From Thermoplasmata archaeon (GTDB lineage: Archaea > Thermoplasmatota > Thermoplasmata > RBG-16-68-12), in NCBI GenBank assembly GCA_035637195.1, contig DASPXQ010000061.1, positions 1-35,724 of the forward strand: DNA of 35,724 nucleotides, read 5' to 3'. The notes under the pieces are model-generated. The model ran no database searches. It was not told the origin of the DNA and saw only the letters and a list, made by a program, of their open reading frames with translations. Below, in pieces: positions 24,266 through 32,661 of this stretch. A program made the translations under genes and the position numbers. Each line of letters starts with the position of its first letter. Position 1 is the first letter of the stretch.

Positions 24266-26433
24266 ACGCCGTGCGCCTCGCCTTCGGCGTTAGCATCATC
24301 GTCGTCTTCCTGAACGTGCCAGGTCCCGCGGCGGCGTTCTGCGTGATCGTCGAGCCGCCGACGCCGCTGCCCACGCAGGTCAACGGGACGCAGGTGGAGA
24401 TCCAGCTGACGGAGGGGTTCGCGCGGGTCGTCATCATCAAGGAATTCTACAACCCGAGCGACGAGTTCAAGCAGGGACAGATCGCGTTCCCCCTCGAGAA
24501 AGGCCACGAGCTCATCACAGACCTCCGGCTCAAGATCGGGAACGTCGTGTACAACTCGTCGGCGCAGAACCGGTCCGACGCCTTGACCGCGTTCCTCGAC
24601 GCGATCGCGAAAGGCCAGGACGCCGCGCTCGTCCAGTACGATCCGGCAAGGGACCTCTACTGGATCGCGGTGACGATCCCGCCGAAAGGGGCCCGGACAA
24701 CCGTCACGACGCTCGAAATGCCGCTCACGAAGGCGGACGGCTTCTACGAATACGGGTATCGCCTCTCGATCGACGCGCGGGACAGCGTGTCGTACCTCCG
24801 GGTGCACGTCCGCATCGAGACCGTCGCCCCGCTCGGCGAGGTGCTCCTGCCGGGCCACGCGGACCTCCCCGTTGTCCGAAGCGGGTTGCACCGTGCGGAC
24901 GCGTACATCAATGCGACCCAGGGCGCTGGCACGGGCGACCTTCCGATCCGCTTCCGGGCCGCCGGCGCGTCCCTTGGCCAGTTCGCCGAGCCGACGGGAG
25001 ATCGGTACGTCCGATTCTCCTTGGACGCCTCGGACCCCGCGTTCGCGTCGTCCGTCCAGCCAAAGCCGCGCGCGCTCCTCTTCCTGCTCGACGCGTCGGG
25101 AAGCATGGGGACCAATGACCGCTGGAGGCTCACCAAGGAGACGGTGCGACAGATCGCCGCCGACCTGGGCCCCGGGGAGTCGTACGCGCTCGCGGTGTTC
25201 CAGGGAGCGACCGTCACGCCCTTCGCCGCGTCCCTTCAGGCCTGGTCGTCCGCGTCCGAAGCGAACCTCCTGGGCTTCCTCGACTCCTTCCGGCCGCACG
25301 GGAGCACCAGCCTCGCGGCGCCGCTCGCGCAGGCGGCCCGGTGGGCGGCCGACGCCCGCCGCCTGGGCCAGCAGCCGATCCTGGTGCTCGTCTCCGACGG
25401 ACGGCCGACGCGCGCGCCGGTGGACCCCGAGCTGGAGACCGCCTACGCCCGCGTCTCGTACGACGCCGACATGCCCGTCTTCGCGGTGGCGGTCCAACCG
25501 AGCGACCACGCCGACGAGGACCTCCTCCACAACCTCTCCCACTACCATCGCGGGGAGCTGGTCACACTCCACGCCGACGTCTCGAACGCCGTGGCCGAAC
25601 TCCTCGGCTCGATCCAAGTTCCCGTCCTGGAAGGCGTCCGCCCGGAGATCCCGGATGCGGTCAACGTGACGATCGCGAGCGCGAATCCCCAGACGATCTG
25701 GCAAGGCGGCGAGGCGTTCGTCATCGCGAAGATGCGGGGGACCGAAGCCGATCCGATCGACCTCCGCATGGCGTGGTCGGACCGAGATGGGGTCGGGCAC
25801 ACCCTGGACGTCCAAGCCGCGGGTCCGGACGTCGCCTCGCAGTCGCTCCTGAAGCGGCAGTGGGTGCTGACACGCATCCATGCGCTGCTCGAAGCTGCGC
25901 ACGCCCGGGCGGATCCCGCGGGCATCGCCGAGGTGACGGCGCTCGCGACCGAGAACCGCGTCGCCACGCCGTACACGTCCCTGCTCGTCCTGCTGCCGCA
26001 GGAGACCCAGGGCGGGGAGCGATCGACCTCCGACTCATTCGCCGCGTCCCCGATTTTCGGCGGTCCCGCGGGCTTCGCCTCCAGCCCCGGATCGGGCGGG
26101 TCCCGCAGCTTCCTCCCGCCGCTCGTCGCCGAAGCCCAGAGAGCGGACGCGATGAGACGGGATCTCGCGAACCCACTCGTCATCGAGGACGAAGTCGATC
26201 GGTTCGTCGCCGTCGGGTCCCCCGAATATTCGAAGCTCGACCTGTCGGGAGCCATCTCGCGATACGAGGGCACCTACCTCCGCATCGTCGAGGTGGGCGG
26301 CGAACTCGTCGGCGTGACGAGTTGGCCTCCCGGTACATCGCAGCTCGTCGCGAACGGCCTCGGCTTCGCTGGCGTGATCCTGTCGATCATCGCCCTCGCG
26401 CGCTTGCCTCGCCGCAGGCATCAGTCCCACTGA
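24262..26433 (+). CDS. VIT-domain plus von Willebrand factor A (VWA) domain surface protein with C-terminal TM anchor
   Basis: Only the 3' 723 codons of the 1652-aa track ORF are used. Signal-like MNAVRLAFGVSIIVVFL. VIT-like segment (ARVVIIKEFYNPS...IAFPLEKGHELITDLRLKIG). VWA MIDAS motif LLDASGSMG, later LVSDGRPT. C-terminal GLGFAGVILSIIALARLPRRR resembles a tripartite sorting signal. Confidence 0.8.
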   Translation: MNAVRLAFGVSIIVVFLNVPGPAAAFCVIVEPPTPLPTQVNGTQVEIQLTEGFARVVIIKEFYNPSDEFKQGQIAFPLEKGHELITDLRLKIGNVVYNSSAQNRSDALTAFLDAIAKGQDAALVQYDPARDLYWIAVTIPPKGARTTVTTLEMPLTKADGFYEYGYRLSIDARDSVSYLRVHVRIETVAPLGEVLLPGHADLPVVRSGLHRADAYINATQGAGTGDLPIRFRAAGASLGQFAEPTGDRYVRFSLDASDPAFASSVQPKPRALLFLLDASGSMGTNDRWRLTKETVRQIAADLGPGESYALAVFQGATVTPFAASLQAWSSASEANLLGFLDSFRPHGSTSLAAPLAQAARWAADARRLGQQPILVLVSDGRPTRAPVDPELETAYARVSYDADMPVFAVAVQPSDHADEDLLHNLSHYHRGELVTLHADVSNAVAELLGSIQVPVLEGVRPEIPDAVNVTIASANPQTIWQGGEAFVIAKMRGTEADPIDLRMAWSDRDGVGHTLDVQAAGPDVASQSLLKRQWVLTRIHALLEAAHARADPAGIAEVTALATENRVATPYTSLLVLLPQETQGGERSTSDSFAASPIFGGPAGFASSPGSGGSRSFLPPLVAEAQRADAMRRDLANPLVIEDEVDRFVAVGSPEYSKLDLSGAISRYEGTYLRIVEVGGELVGVTSWPPGTSQLVANGLGFAGVILSIIALARLPRRRHQSH

Positions 26434-26614
26434 CCAAAGTCGTCGGGCGAGGACGGTCAAGTTCCGAGCAGCGTGGCCGGGTAAGGGGGGAGTGCTTGCA
26501 TTCAGTCGAAGCGGCCCGGCTTCAACTCCGCTCAAGATGCGAAACCCGAGGAGACGCTCTACCTCGCCAATCTCCGGTTGGCGGCGATCGCGTGGGTCCC
26601 GCGCACCGAGTCCC

Positions 26615-27076
26615 TCACCACGACGTCCACGTCACGGGCTGATCCGGGACGAGGGTTCGCTCCCAACTGGGCGCTCCGCTGGGAAAGACCTTCACGGTGA
26701 AGGCCACCGTCGACCTCTGACCGGTAACCGTCGTGGTCTCCGAGAACGTCTGCGTCTCCCCGGGGCCAAGCACGACCTCCGTGTGGGCGAAGGCGTCGAA
26801 GAGCGTCCCGTTGACGGGATCGTAGGCCCATAGGGTGAACAGTGCGAAGTGCGCCGCCGAACGTCCCACGTTGTGCAGGACCAAACGGGCGTGGACCACC
26901 GTCGTGTCGTTCCCCGGGGCGCCGGGACCCAGATTGACGTCGGTCACAGAGATTTCGACGGATCCCCGTTGCAGCACGAAAACCGCTGCCACCGCGACGC
27001 TCAAGACCACGGCTGCCGAGAGCGCAACGGCGAGGAGGGTTCGGGATCTTCGTGGATTCATCGCTGGATGAAGCAT
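26615..27076 (-). CDS. N-terminally anchored beta-sandwich protein (CARDB-/LEA2-like)
   Basis: Start taken at the ATG at 27076 (MLHPAMNPRR). TM LLAVALSAAVVLSVAVAAVFVL, then about 115 aa of beta-rich sequence (VVHARLVLHNVGRSAAHF...GPGETQTF). Confidence 0.5.
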   Translation of the reverse strand: MLHPAMNPRRSRTLLAVALSAAVVLSVAVAAVFVLQRGSVEISVTDVNLGPGAPGNDTTVVHARLVLHNVGRSAAHFALFTLWAYDPVNGTLFDAFAHTEVVLGPGETQTFSETTTVTGQRSTVAFTVKVFPSGAPSWERTLVPDQPVTWTSW

Positions 27077-27193
27077 ATTCAGTCGGGATTTCAAGGTTAT
27101 GTTTTCGTCCGGCTCGGGACCGCATTCGGACCGCTGCGTATGGGCAGATTCCGGACGAGGGCCGCTCACCTGCGAAGATGCGGCGCAACCCGC

Positions 27194-28111
27194 CTAAAAT
27201 CCGATCCCGAGGAGGCGCTCGACCTCGCCGATCGGATTGAGGATCGTCGTGTTCGAACTGCCCGCGAAAAGCAAGCCGATCGCACGATTGTCGGCGTCCA
27301 CGATCAGGGAGCCGCTGTCGCCGCCCTGGGAGAGGGCCGAGGCCACGAGCTGGTCGCGGAATCGCGCGGTTCGGGTGAGGCCGTAGAACACGCGGATGGT
27401 CGCGGCGACCGCGGTGATTTGCCCCTGCGTGAGGCCGGTCGTCCGGCCGCTCTTCTTGACCGGCATCCCGATCGTCCCGGACACCGTCCCGGAGACGGTC
27501 CCGATCTCCAGGATCTCGTCGGAGACGTCCGCATCGCTCAGCGGCTTCCCCAAGGCGGCGTCCACGACGTTCCGAACAGGCCGCGCGATGCCGAAGAGGC
27601 TCAGGAGCCAGTCCAAAAAGCCGTCGAAGACAATCGGGACGAAGGCGTCGAGGGTCGCGATCCGATCCCGGTCCGTCCCGCCGTCGTACGGTCCCGGCTG
27701 CAAGATCGGGTCCCCGATCGATGCGGCGTTCTCCTTCGCGAGGACGTGGTTGTTGCTCAGGATCATGCGGGCATCGGCACGTCGCGCGACGACGCCGAGG
27801 GTCCCTGCCGTGATCCGATAGTGGCCGATGCTGACGCCGCCGGGGGCGGGCCGCCACCGGTCCGTCCTCGCCTGGAGCGCCTGGATGCGACCCGTCTCGA
27901 CGACGTCCGTCTTCATCGCTTCGATCGTCTCCGGAATGAGATCGTTCGGCCGGAGCTGCGACCTCGGGACCTTTCGCTCCACGAAAACGACGACGCACGG
28001 CTCGTCCGTCCGACGGCCGCCGACGACCTTATTGGCGATGCCCACGCCGACAACGTTCCGCTTCCGAAACAGCCGCGTCTCATGAATCCGCGGGACGCTC
28101 TGCCAGGCCAT
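27194..28111 (-). CDS. Chymotrypsin-fold (S1) serine protease without signal peptide, with about 90-aa N-terminal domain
   Basis: 305 aa. His context ILSNNHVLA, Ser context SQGGDSGSLIV. The N-terminal NVVGVGIANKVVGGRRTDEPCVVVFVERKVP module precedes the protease fold. No N-terminal hydrophobic segment. Confidence 0.75.
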   Translation of the reverse strand: MAWQSVPRIHETRLFRKRNVVGVGIANKVVGGRRTDEPCVVVFVERKVPRSQLRPNDLIPETIEAMKTDVVETGRIQALQARTDRWRPAPGGVSIGHYRITAGTLGVVARRADARMILSNNHVLAKENAASIGDPILQPGPYDGGTDRDRIATLDAFVPIVFDGFLDWLLSLFGIARPVRNVVDAALGKPLSDADVSDEILEIGTVSGTVSGTIGMPVKKSGRTTGLTQGQITAVAATIRVFYGLTRTARFRDQLVASALSQGGDSGSLIVDADNRAIGLLFAGSSNTTILNPIGEVERLLGIGF

Positions 28112-28135
28112 GCCCCGATCGGATGGCGCTCATCG

Positions 28136-28141
28136 TTATAA
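28136..28141 (-). promoter_or_regulatory. TATA-like box (TTATAA) for the protease gene
   Basis: Centred about 27 nt upstream of the ATG at 28111. Palindromic, in the divergent intergenic region shared with amt. Confidence 0.45.
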
Positions 28142-28256
28142 GAGGATTCGTCGAAACCGTGCCAGCGTTCTCCCGCTCCGCGTCCCGGCGCGGCTTCTTT
28201 CGAGCCACAGGAGAAGCGTTATAGTCGATGTCGGTTTCCCTCCCAATTCCGTTTCG

Positions 28257-29540
28257 GTGGAGCGCGGGGCGTTGGCGCTGGACTCCGGGGACATCGCGTG
28301 GGTCATCGCCGCCACCGCCCTCGTCATGATCATGACGCCCGCGCTGGGCTTCTTCTACGGCGGACTCGTCCGGCGGAAGAACCTCGTCTCGACGATCGCA
28401 CAGTGCTTCGCCATCTTCGCCCTCGTCAGCCTGGTGTGGGCCCTCTGGGGCTACACGCTCGCCCTGGGGCCGTCCTACAACGGCTTCATCGGTGACCTAT
28501 CGAATTTCGGGCTGAACAATGTGGGAGCCGCCCCCAACCCCGGCTACTCGTCGACGATTCCGGAACTCCTGTACTTCGCCTTTCAGCTGAAGTTCGCCGC
28601 GATCACGCCCGCCCTCATCATCGGCGCGTTCGCGGAGCGGATCCGGTTCAAGGCCCTCCTGATCTACATCGTCCTCTGGACGACGTTCATCTACGTGCCG
28701 ATCGCGCACTGGAATTGGGGCATCGGCGGATTCCTGAAGTCCCTCGGCGTGATCGACTTCGCGGGCGGCCTCGTCGTCCACACGGCCGCCGGCGTGTCCG
28801 CGGTCGCGGCTGCGCTCGTGATCGGGCGGCGCGAGGGGGTCGACCGCCTCGACAGCCGGCCGAACAACATCCCGTACGTGATCCTCGGCGCCTCCGTCTT
28901 GTGGTTCGGATGGTTCGGCTTCAACGCCGGGAGCGCGCTCGCGGCGGATGCGCTGGCCGTCAACGCACTTGTCGTGACGAACCTGGCGGCCGCGGGCGCG
29001 GCGGTGAGCTGGATGCTCACGGACTGGGTGCGGAAAGGGAAGCCGTCCGCCGTCGGGATGGCGGTCGGCGCCGTCTGCGGGCTCGTCGCGATCACCCCGG
29101 CCTCGGGGTACGTCGGCCCGATGCCGTCGATCATCATCGGGTTGGTCGCGGGGGTCCTCTGCAACTACGTCGGCAGCTGGAGGGCGCGGACGACCCTGGA
29201 CGATTCCCTCGATGTCTTCGCGTGCCATGGGGCCGGTGGGATCTGGGGGACGATGGCCACCGGTCTCTTCGCATCGTCTCTAATCAATCCGACCGGCCCG
29301 AATGGCCTGTTCTTCGGGAACCCTGGCCAGCTCGGCATCCAGGCACTGGCCTGCGTCCTCGTGGCGGCCTTCGCGTTCGCCGGGTCGTACGTCCTCTTGC
29401 GCATCATCAATATCTTCACGCCAGTGCGAGTCAGCCCGGCCGAGGAACACGCGGGCCTCGACACCTCGGAGTTCGGCGAGGAAGCCTACGCGACCGAGCG
29501 CGACGAACCGAACCCGACCCAATCAGGATTGGCCTTCTGA
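28257..29540 (+). CDS. amt: Ammonium transporter (Amt family)
   Basis: MTPALGFFYGGLVRRKN, DFAGGLVVHTAAG and DVFACHGAGGIWG (twin-His). The track start at 28110 would overlap the divergent protease start, so I used the in-frame GTG at 28257. The start is uncertain. Confidence 0.9.
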   Translation: MERGALALDSGDIAWVIAATALVMIMTPALGFFYGGLVRRKNLVSTIAQCFAIFALVSLVWALWGYTLALGPSYNGFIGDLSNFGLNNVGAAPNPGYSSTIPELLYFAFQLKFAAITPALIIGAFAERIRFKALLIYIVLWTTFIYVPIAHWNWGIGGFLKSLGVIDFAGGLVVHTAAGVSAVAAALVIGRREGVDRLDSRPNNIPYVILGASVLWFGWFGFNAGSALAADALAVNALVVTNLAAAGAAVSWMLTDWVRKGKPSAVGMAVGAVCGLVAITPASGYVGPMPSIIIGLVAGVLCNYVGSWRARTTLDDSLDVFACHGAGGIWGTMATGLFASSLINPTGPNGLFFGNPGQLGIQALACVLVAAFAFAGSYVLLRIINIFTPVRVSPAEEHAGLDTSEFGEEAYATERDEPNPTQSGLAF

Positions 29541-29571
29541 CGCGTCCTTGACGGCCGCGTTGCGTGTAACG

Positions 29572-29663
29572 AGTACAACTTCGGCTTGGCCTGCGGCTCG
29601 TTCCAGTACGGCCTCGTCGTGACGTACCTGAGCTTCGCCTCGAAGCGGTCGTTCAGGAACTCC
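29572..29663 (-). pseudogene. Orphan copy of the last 30 codons of the Lhr-type helicase gene (stop codon lost)
   Basis: Gap-free alignment to 34209-34300 with 83/92 identical nt. Encodes EFLNDRFEAKLRYVTTRPYWNEPQAKPKLY. The position of the helicase TAG reads TCG here. Confidence 0.8.
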
Positions 29664-30389
29664 CTTTCCGGAGGAACTCCGGCGCGAAGCCCACCGACAT
29701 GGGCGTCGGCGAATCCAAACGGCTCGCATGGCCGTCGCAGCTGATCAATACGGACAGGCGCCGTCGTTTCCGGTACCAACTGTGAATCTCCAGACCGTCG
29801 ACGTATACAACGAAGCACTTCTCCACCGGAGAGCCGATGTTGATGTACTTCGCTTGGACGCTCTGGCTCTGCCCGAACTCGACGCCAGATGAACCGTCAG
29901 CGATACGCCGATGGCCGAGACGCTGAACTCAACGTCAACCGTTACGGTGACCGTGAGCGTATACGTGTATGTGTTATTGTGATACGCAGCGACGTGCACA
30001 AACGGATACGCCCCGTTAGCCACCGCTCTTGACTCTCCCTGATCCCTCGTCAGCTGTTCAGTTGTGGACTCCGAGGAATAGAGGGCGGACTTGTAGGACT
30101 GGACGTACACCATCTGCTTCCCGGCCGAGTCGACGATCTTATACGCCGTGCCCGTCGGCCAGTAGTCGCGCCATGGAGCCGTCCCCGATGAACTGTAGCC
30201 CGTTTCGATCGTGATGTCAGTCCCAATCGAGCCCGCGAAATTGACCCCCAGAAATCCCGCTTGGAAGCCCGCGTCGACTTTCGCGTCGACGCTCACTTTG
30301 GAGCCGGGCGCAAAGGCGCCGACACTGTCTGCCCCCGGGCCAAGACCCCCGAAACAGATGCGGGCTTTCCTGCCGGTCCGTTGTCGCAA
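29653..30389 (-). pseudogene. Beta-rich protein gene with probable frameshift near 29885-29925; amphipathic Ser/Thr hairpin reminiscent of aerolysin/ETX-MTX2 pore formers
   Basis: The track ORF is 29745-30389 (TTG start). Its last ~45 aa are Arg/Ser-rich junk with GC3 about 57%. An alternative frame reads DGSSGVEFGQSQSVQAKYINIGSPVEKCFVVYVDGLEIHSWY with GC3 about 75% and stops at 29653. Confidence 0.45.
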
Positions 30390-30404
30390 GGCGACGTCTC
30401 GACG

Positions 30405-30415
30405 CCCCCCCCCCC
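30405..30415. repeat. C11 (G11 on the minus strand) homopolymer
   Basis: An uninterrupted run of 11 C, 16 nt upstream of the TTG start at 30389. Confidence 0.9.
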
Positions 30416-31030
30416 GGCCTCGACTTCGTCGAAACGGATATCGGTCGAAGGAAATGCTTACGTCTCAGTTCACCGGGTCGGCGTCCTGCTCGACGAGGAT
30501 CTCGGACCGGTCCCTCCACCCGGACGACGGAGAAGCAACCCGGCTCCTTCATCGGTGAAGCATAGGCGCGCCGATTGGTGCGGGATTGCGCCAAGAACGT
30601 TCCTGAACCGGCGCCGTCACACATGCAAGTCAGAGTCTGGCAAGGCGTGAAATAGGGCTTGGCGCGGAGGTTTCCCCGATTTCATTCTCTCCCTGAACGA
30701 TCGCCCAACTCGGGGTATCCGTCGCTGGCGCGGGAGCGGACCCCTAGTCCTCGCCGTCTTCGAGCTCCGGCGAGGAAGACCAGCAGGAGGATGAGCCCGA
30801 GGCCATGCATCGTATTCGCGACAACACTCATTGTCCACGCGGTATTTGCAAGTTGCTCGTTTCTCCCTCTCGCCGCATCCGCCAACGACACCAAGGACTA
30901 GGCGCTCAACGAGAGTCCGGCGCCAATCAGTGCCGCGGGGATGGCATACCTTGCACGGCAGGGAGATCTGAAAGGTTCGGGTCCTCTCCCCGCCTCGACC
31001 GATGCGACCTGCACCTACGGTCCCCTGCCG

Positions 31031-32356
31031 TTAGCGTTGCGCGATTGTCATGGAGACCATGTCCGAATTCATCCAGGTCCTATCCAAGGCAAAAGTAGCC
31101 CCCGAAGCCACGGTGATGTGGGTTACGAAGAGCTTGGCCATCATGTGGTATGTGGTGCCCAGTGGGCAGAGGTACACGGGGTTGTGGACGACGAACCGAC
31201 CTCGGTCCGACCACCCCTCGACATGATCGGGTTGGAAGAACCACCAGCCCCACGTATCGACTTTGTGCACCACGGTCTCTCCCGCCGCGACCACGGAGAA
31301 CGGATAGTCGCGAATCAGTTCGTGGCGATAGTGGATGTCGAGCACGATGTGGGTGAACGCGTACGGTGCCAAGGGGTCGTGCCCCACTCCGTAGTACAGG
31401 ATGAACCCGTCATCCACAACTGTGGTGAACGACTGAAAGTTCGCGCACTCGGGGAGGGCGAATTGGGGGCTGCTCATCAATCCAGCGGTCTGGACATCCG
31501 CCCGCCCGAAGGGCGAACCCGCGATGGTAAGCAGGTCCGAAACTGTGTTGCCCGTCCCCGGGTTGGCCGAAATGCCGTACACATAGACGTTGGCCATCCC
31601 GATTGTGCGTTGATAAACAACTCCCGCGGCTCCATCAGGATACGGGGCGGTGTAGTAGCGCCCCCAGTCCTGGGCGGGGTCCGGATCCGGGGGAGGGGTG
31701 TCAGGTGCCGGGGGCGTGAGTGGGGAAGGCCAGGACTGTAGGGAACTCATTCCGAGTAATGACAGGGTCATGTAATCGACGTAGCCTCCGCCGGTCTTCG
31801 TGACGTTCGAGAGCAGAAGTAGTGTTGAAAGGTTGTCGTAGTAGCTCCGGAACGAGTAGTTCGTCACTGAATAGTCGACCTGGATCGCCTCGTACGTCGA
31901 ACCCCGGAACTCCCAGTTCGGGAGGATCGCGGTGACGGTGGAGGACACACCACCTAAGGCGACCGTCGCCCCGACGGCCACATTCGTGTTGACCCAGAGC
32001 CAAGAGTAGTTTCCGGGGAACGTCAAGGATTCCCTACTTACCGAATCGTAGCGCCGCTGGACCCAATCGGACCCGTCTCCCGTCGCAAACTTCTCCTCTA
32101 TGATAAAATGCGTCGCGTTGTTCACGAGTACGGTCATGTTGTACCAGCCGGACGAGACGGTCGTACCGTTCGAAGTCACGTTGGTCCCGCGCCATTCGTA
32201 GACTATCGAATTGCCCGGCTGCATCCACTCTCCAGACACACTAGCCGTACGAGTCGAGCCCACTAGTGATAACACCCCAAGTGAGAAGACTATCGCCCAC
32301 GCGAGGGCCTTTAGAGATACAAACCGTTGCCCACGGGAGCGCCGGTCCCGGAGCAT
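31031..32356 (-). CDS. Secreted/anchored protein with sequon-rich N-domain, Pro-rich linker and C-terminal globular domain; unknown function
   Basis: Start taken at the ATG at 32356 (MLRDRRSRGQRFVSLKALAWAIVFSLGVLSLV). Many N-x-S/T sites. Linker PSPLTPPAPDTPPPDPDP. No family recognised. Confidence 0.55.
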   Translation of the reverse strand: MLRDRRSRGQRFVSLKALAWAIVFSLGVLSLVGSTRTASVSGEWMQPGNSIVYEWRGTNVTSNGTTVSSGWYNMTVLVNNATHFIIEEKFATGDGSDWVQRRYDSVSRESLTFPGNYSWLWVNTNVAVGATVALGGVSSTVTAILPNWEFRGSTYEAIQVDYSVTNYSFRSYYDNLSTLLLLSNVTKTGGGYVDYMTLSLLGMSSLQSWPSPLTPPAPDTPPPDPDPAQDWGRYYTAPYPDGAAGVVYQRTIGMANVYVYGISANPGTGNTVSDLLTIAGSPFGRADVQTAGLMSSPQFALPECANFQSFTTVVDDGFILYYGVGHDPLAPYAFTHIVLDIHYRHELIRDYPFSVVAAGETVVHKVDTWGWWFFQPDHVEGWSDRGRFVVHNPVYLCPLGTTYHMMAKLFVTHITVASGATFALDRTWMNSDMVSMTIAQR

Positions 32357-32574
32357 CGCCCACCTCCACTCTCGCTCGCCCACGCCTTGCGCCGTCTGGA
32401 TTCTCATGGTTCCACACTCGCCTCACCATCCGATGACGGCCATATGGGCTTGAGCGAAATTGGACCAGGGGAGCGGTGAAATTTCGACAGGAATCCGCGA
32501 TGACTCCCGACGAGCCGTTGCCGAGCGATGCAGGCGAAGTGCGGACTGGGCCGCCGCTGGTAGAACCTGCGGTT

Positions 32575-32635
32575 TGGTAACGAGGTGGTAACAGAATGGT
32601 GGCGAGTTGAACAGAGGGCGGTTCGACGTGGTAAC
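32575..32635 (+). promoter_or_regulatory. Three direct TGGTAAC heptamers in the divergent intergenic region (candidate operator)
   Basis: Copies at 32575-32581, 32586-32592 and 32629-32635, with spacings of 11 and 43 nt. CTAAATA at 32641-32647 lies just upstream of the regulator gene. Confidence 0.35.
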
Positions 32636-32661
32636 CCCGCCTAAATACACAGAGGCCGCTC

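Noticed and set aside
28110-28256. The upstream extension of the amt ORF, starting at 28110.
   Set aside because: It would overlap the divergent protease start codon and both TATA-like boxes. The encoded RRNRASVLPLRVPARLLSHRRS is not Amt-like.
30682-31014. Two short TM-like minus-strand ORFs separated by an in-frame TAG at 30898-30900. I considered stop-codon read-through or pyrrolysine, or a broken small membrane gene.
   Set aside because: TAG clearly terminates top6A (8882-8884) and the helicase gene (34207-34209). No pyl genes are visible. The ORFs are too short to support without comparative data.
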